Positions 34,975 to 45,034 of a stretch of 64,000 nucleotides of DNA are shown one piece after another; position 1 is the first letter of the stretch; each line of letters starts with the position of its first letter. The position numbers and the translations under genes were made by a program. The stretch lies in the IMG/VR virus record IMGVR_UViG_3300021185_003284, positions 1 to 64,000 of that record. One strand, 5' to 3'. The notes under the pieces were generated by a model. It saw nothing but the letters and a program-made list of their open reading frames with translations, was not told the DNA's origin and searched no databases. The stretch comes from a virus.

Positions 34975-36825
34975 ATGAGATGGTTACTATTCATAGTAAT
35001 TGCTGCGATGGGGATGTTCAAGGGTCATTCACAGGCCCTTGTTCAAACCTATACTGACAGATGTACAGGAGAAGTCAAAGTAATGACTGTACAGATGAAC
35101 AGCTCTACTGTGGTGGCTTATTATAATAGATCTAGAGTCTTTACAGCGGCTGAGTTTACTAACGGTACTTTAATAACATGGTTAGAAGAAACTTATTCAT
35201 GGTGGCAAGCATTATCACCTTGTTCAACAAATAATGCTACGTCTAATACAACTCAACAGACGACTCAAAACGCTACAACAAACGCTACTAATGCAGCATC
35301 TAATGCTACTAGTAATGCTACTAGTAATGCAACATCAAGTGCTGCTGGAACAACAGGTACAACTGGGACTACCGGAACAACTAATACAGGTAGTACTAAT
35401 ACAGGTAGTACTAATACAGGTACAACTAATACAAACACATCAAATGGAAATACAGGATCAACAGGATCTTCAAGCTCAGGAAGCTCAGGATCATCAACAG
35501 GAAATGGATCAAGCAGTGGTAGTTCAGGAAGCTCCTCTGGATCAAGCAGTTCAGGAAGCAGCGAAGGAAACTCTAGTGGATCAAGCTCAGGAGGGGATTC
35601 AGGCAGTTCTTCAAATGATAACTCAGGAGGAAGTGATTCCGGCAACAGTGGAGGAGGAGACTCTTCTGGCGATAGCAGCTCAGGAGGGAGTGAAGATTCA
35701 GGTGGGTCTGATAGCTCGGGTGATAACAGTGATTCGTCAGATTCAGATAACTCTTCTGGGGATGGAGATAGCAGCGATGGTGATTCGTCAGGAGGAGAAG
35801 AAAGTGATTCAGGAAGCGAAACAGAAGAAAATTCAGACGATTCAAAAAATGAGGAAAGTAAGGATGAAAAGTCTGACGAAAAGTCTGAAGAAAAATCTGA
35901 AGAAAAAGAAAAAGAAGAAGAAGTAGAAGAAGATAAGAAAGAAGAAAAGGAAGAGGAAAAAGAAGAGGAAAAGAAAGAAGAGGAAGAAGAAGAAAAGAAA
36001 GAAGATAAAGAAGAAGAAGAGGAAGAAGAAAAAAAGGAAGATAGTAAAGAAGAGGAAGAGGAAGAAGAAGAGGAGAAAGAAAAAACTTTAGCTCCTCCAA
36101 TTGTTACAGCTAACTTGGTAACAATGCAAATGATAGATGGAGCACTAACTAATGCTGCATCTTTTGGTTACTCTCAATCTTCATTAACAGGAGAAGATAC
36201 ATATGCAGCTAATGCAATGCTCTGGTCTAATCTTAAACAGTATAGTATTAACTTATCAAAGAGTCATGTATTCTTTAAATACGACAAACCAGTAGATTAT
36301 TATATTGATAATCCTATGACTGGAGGAAAAGATAAGCTAGGTACTCATATGGAGAGAGGATCTATAATGAAAGTACAATCTATATCAGCAGGATATATGA
36401 GAATGTTTTCAACTCATATTGCAACAGCAGGTATTAGTGATGTATATATGGGACAGAAAGATAATAAATGGAAAGGATTTGTAGGTGGATGGGCATTAAC
36501 TGGAATGTCAATATTCCCAGAAGGGAGTAAACCTATTTTAGTAGCAGCAGTTACAGTATTTGGTACTAAACCTTTTAATTTTAAAAAATGGGATAGATTA
36601 ACTGTTTCACCTATGCTTGCTTATTCTATGACTCCTATAACATTTGATATTAACCTAATGTATCCACAAGGTAATTATCATGGTACATGGATAGCAGGTA
36701 GTAACTTTGATTTTAATTTAACTCAAAGATTTAAAGCTAACATAGGAGGAACTTTAATTGGAAATACTGGACCAGGAGTACCACTTTCATGGGCAATCAC
36801 AGTAGGCTCTAGATTCCAATTCTAG
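34975..36825 (+). CDS. outer-membrane protein with a long T/N/S/G- and E/K-rich low-complexity linker and a C-terminal beta-barrel
   Basis: Signal GHS|Q; alternating beta strands; ends VGSRFQF, a BAM-type C-terminal Phe. Confidence 0.65.
   Translation: MRWLLFIVIAAMGMFKGHSQALVQTYTDRCTGEVKVMTVQMNSSTVVAYYNRSRVFTAAEFTNGTLITWLEETYSWWQALSPCSTNNATSNTTQQTTQNATTNATNAASNATSNATSNATSSAAGTTGTTGTTGTTNTGSTNTGSTNTGTTNTNTSNGNTGSTGSSSSGSSGSSTGNGSSSGSSGSSSGSSSSGSSEGNSSGSSSGGDSGSSSNDNSGGSDSGNSGGGDSSGDSSSGGSEDSGGSDSSGDNSDSSDSDNSSGDGDSSDGDSSGGEESDSGSETEENSDDSKNEESKDEKSDEKSEEKSEEKEKEEEVEEDKKEEKEEEKEEEKKEEEEEEKKEDKEEEEEEEKKEDSKEEEEEEEEEKEKTLAPPIVTANLVTMQMIDGALTNAASFGYSQSSLTGEDTYAANAMLWSNLKQYSINLSKSHVFFKYDKPVDYYIDNPMTGGKDKLGTHMERGSIMKVQSISAGYMRMFSTHIATAGISDVYMGQKDNKWKGFVGGWALTGMSIFPEGSKPILVAAVTVFGTKPFNFKKWDRLTVSPMLAYSMTPITFDINLMYPQGNYHGTWIAGSNFDFNLTQRFKANIGGTLIGNTGPGVPLSWAITVGSRFQF
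35230..36085 (+). repeat. low-complexity coding repeats (TSNA, TNTGS, SSGG, GAA-rich)
   Basis: Tandem ACTAATACAGGTAGT, ACTAGTAATGC and GAAGAA arrays. Confidence 0.85.
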
Positions 36826-36873
36826 AAACTATTTATATTAAATAACGTTACACTAAAAACAGTTTTCATTATT

Positions 36874-37128
36874 ATGAACTATATAAAACGTAAATGGATG
36901 AGCTTTAGAGACATATTTAAAGACGAAAACGATATCAATGAAAAATCAGTAGTTGGTTTCGCAGCTTTCATAATCATGGTAATATTTGCATTTGCAGATT
37001 TAATTACTGGATATGTAGGCAAAGATTTAGTTATCAATGAGTACATATACAACTCATTTGTATGGATTGTATTAGGTGCTTTTGGTATTGCAGAAGCAGG
37101 AAAAGCTTTTGGACAAAGAAATAAATAA
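36874..37128 (+). CDS. putative holin
   Basis: 84 aa with 2 TM segments, immediately upstream of a lysin-like gene. Confidence 0.55.
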   Translation: MNYIKRKWMSFRDIFKDENDINEKSVVGFAAFIIMVIFAFADLITGYVGKDLVINEYIYNSFVWIVLGAFGIAEAGKAFGQRNK

Positions 37129-37131
37129 ATT

Positions 37132-37611
37132 ATGAAATTAGAAGTATTAAGATTCAGCTCACAGAGCGATTCTACACTCGGGTTATTATTCGATGTAACT
37201 AATGGTAGAAAGTTTTTATGTTTCACTATAGAAGATGAAGCAAGAGAAACTAAAGTAAAAGGAGAAACTAGAATACCTCAAGGTACGTATAAACTTAATT
37301 TACGTAAAGAAGGAGGATATCATAACAGATATGTTAAGAAGTACGGTTCAATGCATAAAGGTATGATTCATGTACAAGATGTACCGAATTTTACTTACAT
37401 ACTATGGCATACCGGTAATACTGACGAACATACAATGGGATGTTTACTATTCGGAGATACATCTCAGCAAAATATTTCTAAATCAGGATTTATAGGAGCT
37501 TCTACTGAAGCTTACAAAAGAGTTTACCCATCTATAGCAGAAGCTATTGAAAGAGATGGAGAAGCAGAAGTAACATATATTGACTTTGACGAAGGAATTA
37601 TCCACGGATAG
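37132..37611 (+). CDS. DUF5675-family putative endolysin
   Basis: STLG.L...CFTIED...ETRIPQGTY...VPNF..IL.HTGN...HTMGCLL.G. Confidence 0.8.
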   Translation: MKLEVLRFSSQSDSTLGLLFDVTNGRKFLCFTIEDEARETKVKGETRIPQGTYKLNLRKEGGYHNRYVKKYGSMHKGMIHVQDVPNFTYILWHTGNTDEHTMGCLLFGDTSQQNISKSGFIGASTEAYKRVYPSIAEAIERDGEAEVTYIDFDEGIIHG

Positions 37612-37647
37612 TTGCTCGTCTGAGAAATATTTATTATATTGTATTAT

Positions 37648-38010
37648 ATGAAAGTAAAAGGTTTACAAGGATACCTACTGTTCGCTATATTAGGCGGGTT
37701 CGTAGCTTGGATGATATGGGGTCAACCTAAGATAAGTGTTGACATAGAGTCTTATGAATTAAAGATTCAGCTACTAGAACAGAGAATCGATTCTATAAAT
37801 ACTCAGAATAATGCTTTAAAATTAGAAGCTGATTCATTATATTTAAGAATAACCTCTTACGATCAAGAGATAAAGAAATTAAATTCTAGAATTTATGTTA
37901 TTAAGAAACAAACAGAGCAAAAAATTAATGCTGTTGATAGTATGTTTGATGATGAGCTTCAACAGTTTTTCGCAAACCGCTACAGACAGCATAAAGATTC
38001 AATTAACTAA
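37648..38010 (+). CDS. spanin-like inner-membrane coiled-coil protein
   Basis: N-terminal TM plus coiled coil; follows the lysin. Confidence 0.5.
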   Translation: MKVKGLQGYLLFAILGGFVAWMIWGQPKISVDIESYELKIQLLEQRIDSINTQNNALKLEADSLYLRITSYDQEIKKLNSRIYVIKKQTEQKINAVDSMFDDELQQFFANRYRQHKDSIN

Positions 38011-38323
38011 GCCTATAGCTAAGTTAGTTATTAAAGACTTAATTCAGTTTGATGGACTATCAACTGAAATGCTTACTATGCAGTCTATTCTTACTGAGAC
38101 TAATAATAAGCTACTCACTCAGAACCAATTAGTTGTTAATTTAGAGCTACAAAATAACAATTTACAATCAGTTATCTCAGGTCTGAATAAGAAATATGAT
38201 GTTCAAACTAATCTTTCCAAGGATTTGGAAATAGCTTTAAAGAGACAAAAGAGACAATCTACTATTTATAAAATAGGAGCGGGTATCGGTGCAGCAGCTA
38301 CTCTTTTATTGCTAGTACAATGA
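37895..38323 (+). CDS. spanin-like partner (signal peptide, coiled coil, C-terminal TM)
   Basis: Overlaps the previous gene in another frame; SFS|Q signal. Confidence 0.5.
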   Translation: MLLRNKQSKKLMLLIVCLMMSFNSFSQTATDSIKIQLTKPIAKLVIKDLIQFDGLSTEMLTMQSILTETNNKLLTQNQLVVNLELQNNNLQSVISGLNKKYDVQTNLSKDLEIALKRQKRQSTIYKIGAGIGAAATLLLLVQ

Positions 38324-39438
38324 TAAAAAGATTTAAACAGAACATATTCCCAAGTATTATAGCAATTTCAGCATTGTCTGTTAGTGCTTCAGCTGCTTTC
38401 TATTCAGTTAGCGGACTATCTAAACTATTTGCAGGAGCTACATTTGAAGTAATTATAATGGCTGGTTCATTAGAGGTAGCAAAGTTAGTAATTGCATCTC
38501 TTTTATACCAATACTGGAATACAATTAATAAGCTTCTTAGAACGTATCTCACTATAGCTGCAGTAGTATTGGTACTCATTACTAGTATGGGTATATACGG
38601 CTTTTTAAGTGCAGCATATCAAGATACTTACAGACAGTTAACAGTTAAGAATAATCAAGTAGCATTTCTAGAACAAAAGACAGATTTTTATGGAAAGGAT
38701 GTGGCAAGGTATGATCAGGAACTTGAAAGAATCTCTAATAACATTTCTACTCTATCTGGTGCGAAAGCGACCTCGATTCAAGTACGAGACACGACATCAT
38801 CTACAGGCTTTCGATCAACAGTTAGTACTGCCGAACTTAGATTATCCCAAAGTCGTATTAATGTTGAAGAGGAAAATAGAGCATCTGTTCAATTAAAAAG
38901 AGAACAAGTAGCTGATAGTCTTCAGAAATACCAATTAGAAATATTAGATTTAGAGAATAATACAGATCTAGCAGGAGAGTTAGGACCACTAGAATACCTT
39001 TCTGGATTAACTGGCACTCCAATGGATAAGATTATTAATATACTACTCCTTGTAATTATATTTGTATTTGATCCTTTAGCTATTTCATTAGTAATAGCAG
39101 CAAACTTTGCCTTCGATCAAGCTAATAGAAAAAACTTATATGATGAATATGAGGATGAGGTTGAAGATGACTTATGGGATAGTAACGATAGTCCTAAAGA
39201 ATCAGAAGATACTTTACTGAACTACGATGAAGAAGATGAGAAAAGAATGGACGTTATAGGACGTAACGGTAATGATGGAGAACATTATGATGAGGATCCT
39301 AAAGACTGGAAAGTTGTAGACGGAGATCCAGTACCACAAAAGATACTACAAAAAGGACCAAGTGAACACAGAGTACTTTACAGTGATGGTTCTGAAAGAA
39401 AGGTTAGTAAAGACGACAACATTATCAAATATCTGTAG
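38320..39438 (+). CDS. multi-pass membrane protein with a periplasmic coiled coil
   Basis: 3 N-terminal TMs, coiled coil, VFDPLAI TM, acidic tail. Confidence 0.7.
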   Translation: MIKRFKQNIFPSIIAISALSVSASAAFYSVSGLSKLFAGATFEVIIMAGSLEVAKLVIASLLYQYWNTINKLLRTYLTIAAVVLVLITSMGIYGFLSAAYQDTYRQLTVKNNQVAFLEQKTDFYGKDVARYDQELERISNNISTLSGAKATSIQVRDTTSSTGFRSTVSTAELRLSQSRINVEEENRASVQLKREQVADSLQKYQLEILDLENNTDLAGELGPLEYLSGLTGTPMDKIINILLLVIIFVFDPLAISLVIAANFAFDQANRKNLYDEYEDEVEDDLWDSNDSPKESEDTLLNYDEEDEKRMDVIGRNGNDGEHYDEDPKDWKVVDGDPVPQKILQKGPSEHRVLYSDGSERKVSKDDNIIKYL

Positions 39439-39493
39439 GTATTCTGATTTTTTCTTCGTATATTGTATAGATATACAAACTTAAATAATAGTT

Positions 39494-39712
39494 ATGGCAC
39501 AGCATAGAGTTATAAAAATGCTCACAAAGACCTATGAGGCTCAAAGAGAAAAGGCACTAATGACTTTCGACTTATTAATAGACCATCCTGCTGGTATAGG
39601 AGATCATTCAACTTCTGATTTCTATAAGAATGCTGAAGAAGCAGCAGTGGCATTAGCTGAAAGTGAAGACGTTTTAGAAACCCTTAAAAGACATTTTGGA
39701 AAGTATGAGTAG
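39494..39712 (+). CDS. hypothetical protein
   Basis: PAGIGDH motif; follows a promoter. Confidence 0.7.
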   Translation: MAQHRVIKMLTKTYEAQREKALMTFDLLIDHPAGIGDHSTSDFYKNAEEAAVALAESEDVLETLKRHFGKYE

Positions 39713-40082
39713 TAGAGAAATTAGCGATGCAATGAGTGGGAAAAGAACCACAGCAATTGAGATACTTAGAGATGAGTACCCAACAATTTATAATGCTTAC
39801 AAAGAAGTAGTTGACGAACAGTTTGAACTATTTGCTAAGAAGCATCTTGATTACGGAATGCATAATGTAAGTGCTGGTACGAATTTAGATACACCAGATG
39901 AAATCGAATTTGCAATGACAGGATTATGGTACAGACTTTCAGATAAAATTAATAGATGGAAGAATATGATCATATCAGGCCGTAAAGCTCAAAATGAAAC
40001 TCTAATAGATACTTTTCAAGATGTTACTAACTATGGTATTATAGCGCAGTTAGTACAGAGAGGTCTCTGGAAAAACGATTAA
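39705..40082 (+). CDS. nucleotide-modification-associated domain 1 (DUF1599-like)
   Basis: KKHLDYG...RLSDKINR...E.LIDTFQDVTNYGII. Confidence 0.8.
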   Translation: MSSREISDAMSGKRTTAIEILRDEYPTIYNAYKEVVDEQFELFAKKHLDYGMHNVSAGTNLDTPDEIEFAMTGLWYRLSDKINRWKNMIISGRKAQNETLIDTFQDVTNYGIIAQLVQRGLWKND

Positions 40083-41024
40083 ATGCCGAAAAGAATATAT
40101 CCTGATTCTGAAAAGAAGAAGACTAATCCTTTAGTTAAAGAAGTTTGGGAGAGTAAAATTAAACAATCTCCTTCTAAGAATAAACATATTTCATATAGTT
40201 CACTTAGTACATATAATAAATGTCCTAAGAAATGGGAGCTAATGTATTTGAGAAATGAAATACCATTTACTCAGAACATTTATACTTGCTTCGGTACAGC
40301 TATGCATGAAACATTACAAACTTACTTAGAAACTTTATACTACGATAAGGTAAAGACAGCTAATGATATAAACATTAATCAATTGCTTTATGATAATATG
40401 ATTAAGTCATATAAATCTGGCAAAGCAATAAATGGACATACTCACTTCTCTTCAGCAGAAGAGTTACAAGAATTCTGGTTAGACGGAAAACATATTCTAG
40501 AGTTTATCAAGAAGAAAAGAGCTGCATACTTTAGTACTAAGACAGCTAAATTGGCTGGGATAGAGACACTCTTATACCAGGAGATACGTCCTGGAGTAAT
40601 GTTTAAAGGACTAGTAGATTTGATCTTCTACCATCCAAATACTGATAGATGGACTGTTATGGACATAAAGACTTCTACTAGAGGTTGGAATGATGCTTAC
40701 AAGAAGAATCCTAATCTAACTGCTCAAGTTATTCTATATAGAGAGTTTTTTGCTAAGCAGTTTAAAATTGATCCTAGTAAAATAGATGTTGAGTTTTTTA
40801 TCGTTAAGAGAAGAGTACCTGCAGAAGCAGAGTTTGCTACTCAACAGAGAAGAGTTCAAGAATTTACTCCTGCATCTGGACCTAGAAAGACAAAACAAGT
40901 TATTGAATCTATGAACAAATTTATATCAGATGTATTAGATAGCGATAACAACTATATAGATAAGGAATACTCTTGTACTTCTCCTTTAGGTAAGTGCAAT
41001 GAATGTAAAGATTATGTAAATTAA
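40083..41024 (+). CDS. PD-(D/E)XK nuclease (RecB/Cas4-like)
   Basis: SYSSLSTYNKCP, FGTAMHE, GLVD, DIKTS, C-terminal C..C. Confidence 0.85.
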   Translation: MPKRIYPDSEKKKTNPLVKEVWESKIKQSPSKNKHISYSSLSTYNKCPKKWELMYLRNEIPFTQNIYTCFGTAMHETLQTYLETLYYDKVKTANDININQLLYDNMIKSYKSGKAINGHTHFSSAEELQEFWLDGKHILEFIKKKRAAYFSTKTAKLAGIETLLYQEIRPGVMFKGLVDLIFYHPNTDRWTVMDIKTSTRGWNDAYKKNPNLTAQVILYREFFAKQFKIDPSKIDVEFFIVKRRVPAEAEFATQQRRVQEFTPASGPRKTKQVIESMNKFISDVLDSDNNYIDKEYSCTSPLGKCNECKDYVN

Positions 41025-41060
41025 GCCTATTTATATATAAATATATAATTATATACTGTT

Positions 41061-41249
41061 ATGATAAAAGACGAAAAGCTTACCTCGGTTAAAATCACAC
41101 AACCTCTTTTTGACGAATTTAAAATGGCTGCCCTCAAAGACAACTTTTCTTTTAAAAAGCTTGCAGATCGGGCAATTTTTCTCTATCTTACTGATAAGGA
41201 GTTTAAGAAGCAAATACACAAAATAAATTCAATCAATATAAAAAGTTAA
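41061..41249 (+). CDS. ribbon-helix-helix-like small protein
   Basis: LTSVKI..PLFDEFK...SFKKLADRAI. Confidence 0.55.
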   Translation: MIKDEKLTSVKITQPLFDEFKMAALKDNFSFKKLADRAIFLYLTDKEFKKQIHKINSINIKS

Positions 41250-42697
41250 TGGAAGAAAAATTAGGTTATATACCAAAGGATAAAAGAAAGAAGATACTAC
41301 TTTTATCTGATGATATCAGAATGCACTCAGGAGTTGCTACTATGTCGAGAGAGATTGTAGTAAAAACTGCTCATCACTTTAATTGGTTTCAATTAGGAGC
41401 AGCTTTAAAGCATCCAGAAGCAGGTAAGACATTTGATCTATCAGAAGATATAAATAAAAGAAGAGGTCTTAAAGATGCGGATATTAAAGTTCAACCTTAC
41501 AATGGATATGGAGATGCATTGAAAATACGTCAGCTACTCTTTACTGAAAAGCCAGATGCTATTTTTATATTTACTGACCCTAGATATTGGATATGGTTAT
41601 TTGAAATAGAAAGAGAGATAAGAAGTAAGATTCCTATTTTTTGGTTAAACATATGGGATGAGTATCCTGCTCCTATGTACAACAAACAGTATTATAATTC
41701 TGTTGATACTCTTATGGGTATATCTAAACAGACAGTTAATATTAATAAACTAGTATTAGGAGAAGAAGCTAAAGATAAGGTTATAGAGTATGTTCCTCAC
41801 GGAATAGATGAAGAGGCATTCTATCCTATTACTAAAGAACATCCATCTTGGGATAACTTTTCTAACTTTAGAAAAGACTTATTCGGAGAAAAAGAGATCG
41901 AGTATGTAGTTTTCTTTAACTCCAGAAATATTCAAAGGAAGCACCCAGGTGATACTATATTAGCTTATAAATACTTCTGTGATAAGATAGGACCTGAAAA
42001 AGCTAAGAAATGTGCTTTAGTAATGAAAGGAGAGATAAGTTCACCTCATGGTACAGATCTAAGAGCAGTAAGAGATGCTATATGTGATACAGAGTATGTT
42101 AATGTATTCTTTAACGAAGAGAGATTAACTCCAGAACAAATGAATATGTTATATAACGTAGCAGATGTTAATGTTTTAATGAGCTCTAATGAAGGATGGG
42201 GATTATCTTTAACTGAATCAATGATGTCAGGTACTATGATTATTCCTAACACTACTGGAGGTATGCAAGACCAATCTAGGTTCGAAGATGAAAATGGGAA
42301 GTGGATAGACTTTGATTCTGATTTTCCTTCTAACCATAGAGGTAAGTATAAAAAATGTGGAGAGTGGTCATTACCAGTCTTTCCTTCTAACTTAGCTCTT
42401 ATGGGGTCTCCTTTAACTCCTTATATATTTGACGATAGATGTAACTCAGAAGACGTAGCAGATAGAATGCTAGAGGCATATGAATTAGGTCAGGATGAAA
42501 GAAATAGAAGAGGCCTTAAAGGACGTGAGTGGGCTATGTCGGATGAAGCTAGTATGACAGCTGAGAAGATGGGCGATAGAATTATCGAAGTTATGGATAA
42601 AGGGTTTGATAGCTTTACTCCTAGAAGTGAATTCGATATTATTAAAGTAGAAAATTATGTTAAACCAAAAGTTACCCATAACTTGTTAGATTATTAA
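41249..42697 (+). CDS. glycosyltransferase family 4 (GT-B)
   Basis: SGVA, VPHGID, RNIQRK, EGWGLSLTE. Confidence 0.9.
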   Translation: MEEKLGYIPKDKRKKILLLSDDIRMHSGVATMSREIVVKTAHHFNWFQLGAALKHPEAGKTFDLSEDINKRRGLKDADIKVQPYNGYGDALKIRQLLFTEKPDAIFIFTDPRYWIWLFEIEREIRSKIPIFWLNIWDEYPAPMYNKQYYNSVDTLMGISKQTVNINKLVLGEEAKDKVIEYVPHGIDEEAFYPITKEHPSWDNFSNFRKDLFGEKEIEYVVFFNSRNIQRKHPGDTILAYKYFCDKIGPEKAKKCALVMKGEISSPHGTDLRAVRDAICDTEYVNVFFNEERLTPEQMNMLYNVADVNVLMSSNEGWGLSLTESMMSGTMIIPNTTGGMQDQSRFEDENGKWIDFDSDFPSNHRGKYKKCGEWSLPVFPSNLALMGSPLTPYIFDDRCNSEDVADRMLEAYELGQDERNRRGLKGREWAMSDEASMTAEKMGDRIIEVMDKGFDSFTPRSEFDIIKVENYVKPKVTHNLLDY

Positions 42698-42698
42698 T

Positions 42699-43958
42699 AT
42701 GAGTAAACCGTTATTTATTATAAGCGCTCCTGTAGATACCTATTCAGGATATGGAGCAAGATCAAGAGATATAGTTGATGCTATCATTGCAACAGATAGA
42801 TATGATGTAAAAATATTATCTCAACGATGGGGTAATACTAGATTTGGATATTTAGCTGATCATAAACGTCAAGATATGATTAAACTAATACTACCTCATG
42901 TAGTAAAGAAACCAGATTATTGGATGCAGATTACAGTACCTAATGAGTTTACTCCTGCAGGTAAATATAATATAGGTTGTACTGCTGGGATGGAAAATAC
43001 ATTAGTAGCCCCTCAATGGATTGAAGGTGTAAACAGAATGGACGTAGTATGGACATCATCAGAACATTCTAAGTTAGTATTTGAAGCAACTGCATATGAT
43101 ACTGAAGATAAGAAAACTAAAACGAAAGGACAGTTAAAATGTACTACACCTATAGAGGTAATATTTGAAGGAGTAGATACTACAAAGTACCTACCATCTC
43201 CAGGTGATAAGTTAGATTTATCTGATATACAAGAGCAGTTCTGTTATCTACTTGTTGGTCATTGGATGCAAGGAGACTTTGGAGAGGACAGAAAGAATGT
43301 AGGGTATACAATTAAAACTTTCTTAGAAACATTTAAAAATAAACCTAAGCAACCAGCATTAATATTAAAGACTTCTTTAGTTAATACATCTATATTAGAT
43401 AGAGATAGGTTACTACAGAGAATAGATGATATTAGAAAAACTGTAAAAGGTAAGTTACCCAACATTTATTTACTGCATGGAGAGCTTTCTGATGATAATA
43501 TAAACAATTTATATAATCACTCTAAGGTTAAAGTAATGGTAAGCCATACAAAAGGTGAAGGCTTTGGAAGACCTCTCTTAGAGTTTACTACTACAGGTAA
43601 ACCAGTTATAGCTTCCGGATGGTCAGGACAGGTAGACTTTTTAGATAAAGATAAAAGTATATTAATAGGAGGAACATTAGAGAATGTACATCAGTCGGCT
43701 ACGGTTAAAGATATGATACTTAAAGATGCGAAATGGTTTAAACCTAATGATGGAGAAACAGCTAGAGCATATAAAGAAACTTTTAAGCATTATAAGAAAT
43801 ACTTAATACCTGCTAAACAACAAAGAGCTAGAACTAATAAAGAGTTTACTCTAAATCATATGTTTACTTTAGTAGACAATAGACTAAAAGAATTACTTCC
43901 TGAGTTTCCTCAAGAGGTAGAATTGAAATTACCTGAATTAGAATTACCTAAATTATAG
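42699..43958 (+). CDS. glycosyltransferase family 4 (GT-B)
   Basis: SGYG, DRKN, GEGFGRPLLE. Confidence 0.9.
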   Translation: MSKPLFIISAPVDTYSGYGARSRDIVDAIIATDRYDVKILSQRWGNTRFGYLADHKRQDMIKLILPHVVKKPDYWMQITVPNEFTPAGKYNIGCTAGMENTLVAPQWIEGVNRMDVVWTSSEHSKLVFEATAYDTEDKKTKTKGQLKCTTPIEVIFEGVDTTKYLPSPGDKLDLSDIQEQFCYLLVGHWMQGDFGEDRKNVGYTIKTFLETFKNKPKQPALILKTSLVNTSILDRDRLLQRIDDIRKTVKGKLPNIYLLHGELSDDNINNLYNHSKVKVMVSHTKGEGFGRPLLEFTTTGKPVIASGWSGQVDFLDKDKSILIGGTLENVHQSATVKDMILKDAKWFKPNDGETARAYKETFKHYKKYLIPAKQQRARTNKEFTLNHMFTLVDNRLKELLPEFPQEVELKLPELELPKL

Positions 43959-43960
43959 TT

Positions 43961-44419
43961 ATGAATATAGAAAAAGATCAATTAGTAGAAGGTCCATTCG
44001 GGAGTAATGCTTGTTATGAGCAAAACTTCGAACAAGATGGACAACAGATAACAACTTGGTTATGTTTCGGAAGTGGGTTTACAACTTCAACTTTAATGAC
44101 AGAAGGATCTAAACCTGTAAAAGATTTAACTGAAACATCTCCTGAATTATATAAAGACTTAATGCATACTGATAAGAACGGTAGAGTTTGGTTCCCTGCT
44201 ACTATTACTCTTCCGGAAAAAGGAATGGTGTTTGTGGACGGTAAAACAACTAAAGACTGGAAATGGTCATCAGTAAATGCGATCAAGTTGACAGAAGAAG
44301 AACTTAGTAGCGGTAAGTTCCCTAAAGGACAAGAGTGGAAGATGGATATGGCAAACGCTAAGTTATATGATCAAAGAGACTTTATGGATGCTTTAGAAAC
44401 TATAGGGTTCTATAATTAG
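43961..44419 (+). CDS. hypothetical protein
   Basis: ORF in operon. Confidence 0.7.
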   Translation: MNIEKDQLVEGPFGSNACYEQNFEQDGQQITTWLCFGSGFTTSTLMTEGSKPVKDLTETSPELYKDLMHTDKNGRVWFPATITLPEKGMVFVDGKTTKDWKWSSVNAIKLTEEELSSGKFPKGQEWKMDMANAKLYDQRDFMDALETIGFYN

Positions 44420-44422
44420 AAT

Positions 44423-45034
44423 ATGAAAATAAGTTATGCTATTACAGTTTGTAATGAGGTTAAAGAGATTAAGAAACTCATTTCTATTCTTCTTGAAAGT
44501 AAAAGAGAAGATGATGAAGTAGTAGTACTCTTTGATAAACAGAACGGTACGGCTGAGGTCTGGTCTTATTTACAAGACCAAGATGTAATATGTGAAGCTA
44601 AGTCTTTTAAGAATCATTTTGCAGACTGGAAGAACTACTTAACAGGTATGTGCTCAGGAGATTATATCTTTCAAATAGATGCAGATGAATTTCCTCACAA
44701 GTCACTCTTAACTGCTCTTCCAGTCATCTTAGGATCAAATCCTGATAACGAAGTATATTTAGTTCCTAGAGTTAATACTGTAAATGGTTTAACAGAAGAG
44801 CATAGAGCTAAATGGAATTGGAGAGTAGATGAGAACGGATGGGTAAACTATCCAGACTATCAATGGAGATTATGGAAGAATAAATCAGAGATTAAATGGG
44901 TAAATAAAGTACATGAAGTATTAGAAGGTTTTAAAACTTATGCTCCATTACCTCCTAAAGAAGAATTATCTTTATATCATCCAAAAGAGATAAAAAGACA
45001 AGAGAAACAAAATGCTTATTACGACACACTATGA
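44423..45034 (+). CDS. glycosyltransferase family 2
   Basis: ISYAITVCNE, QIDADE, PDYQ, VHE. Confidence 0.88.
   Translation: MKISYAITVCNEVKEIKKLISILLESKREDDEVVVLFDKQNGTAEVWSYLQDQDVICEAKSFKNHFADWKNYLTGMCSGDYIFQIDADEFPHKSLLTALPVILGSNPDNEVYLVPRVNTVNGLTEEHRAKWNWRVDENGWVNYPDYQWRLWKNKSEIKWVNKVHEVLEGFKTYAPLPPKEELSLYHPKEIKRQEKQNAYYDTL

Noticed and set aside
35234-36100. Three alternative-frame or antisense ORFs
   Set aside because: Artefacts of low-complexity repeats within the beta-barrel protein gene
40083-41024. Cas4 / CRISPR system
   Set aside because: No repeat-spacer array or other cas genes seen; solo PD-(D/E)XK nucleases are common in phages
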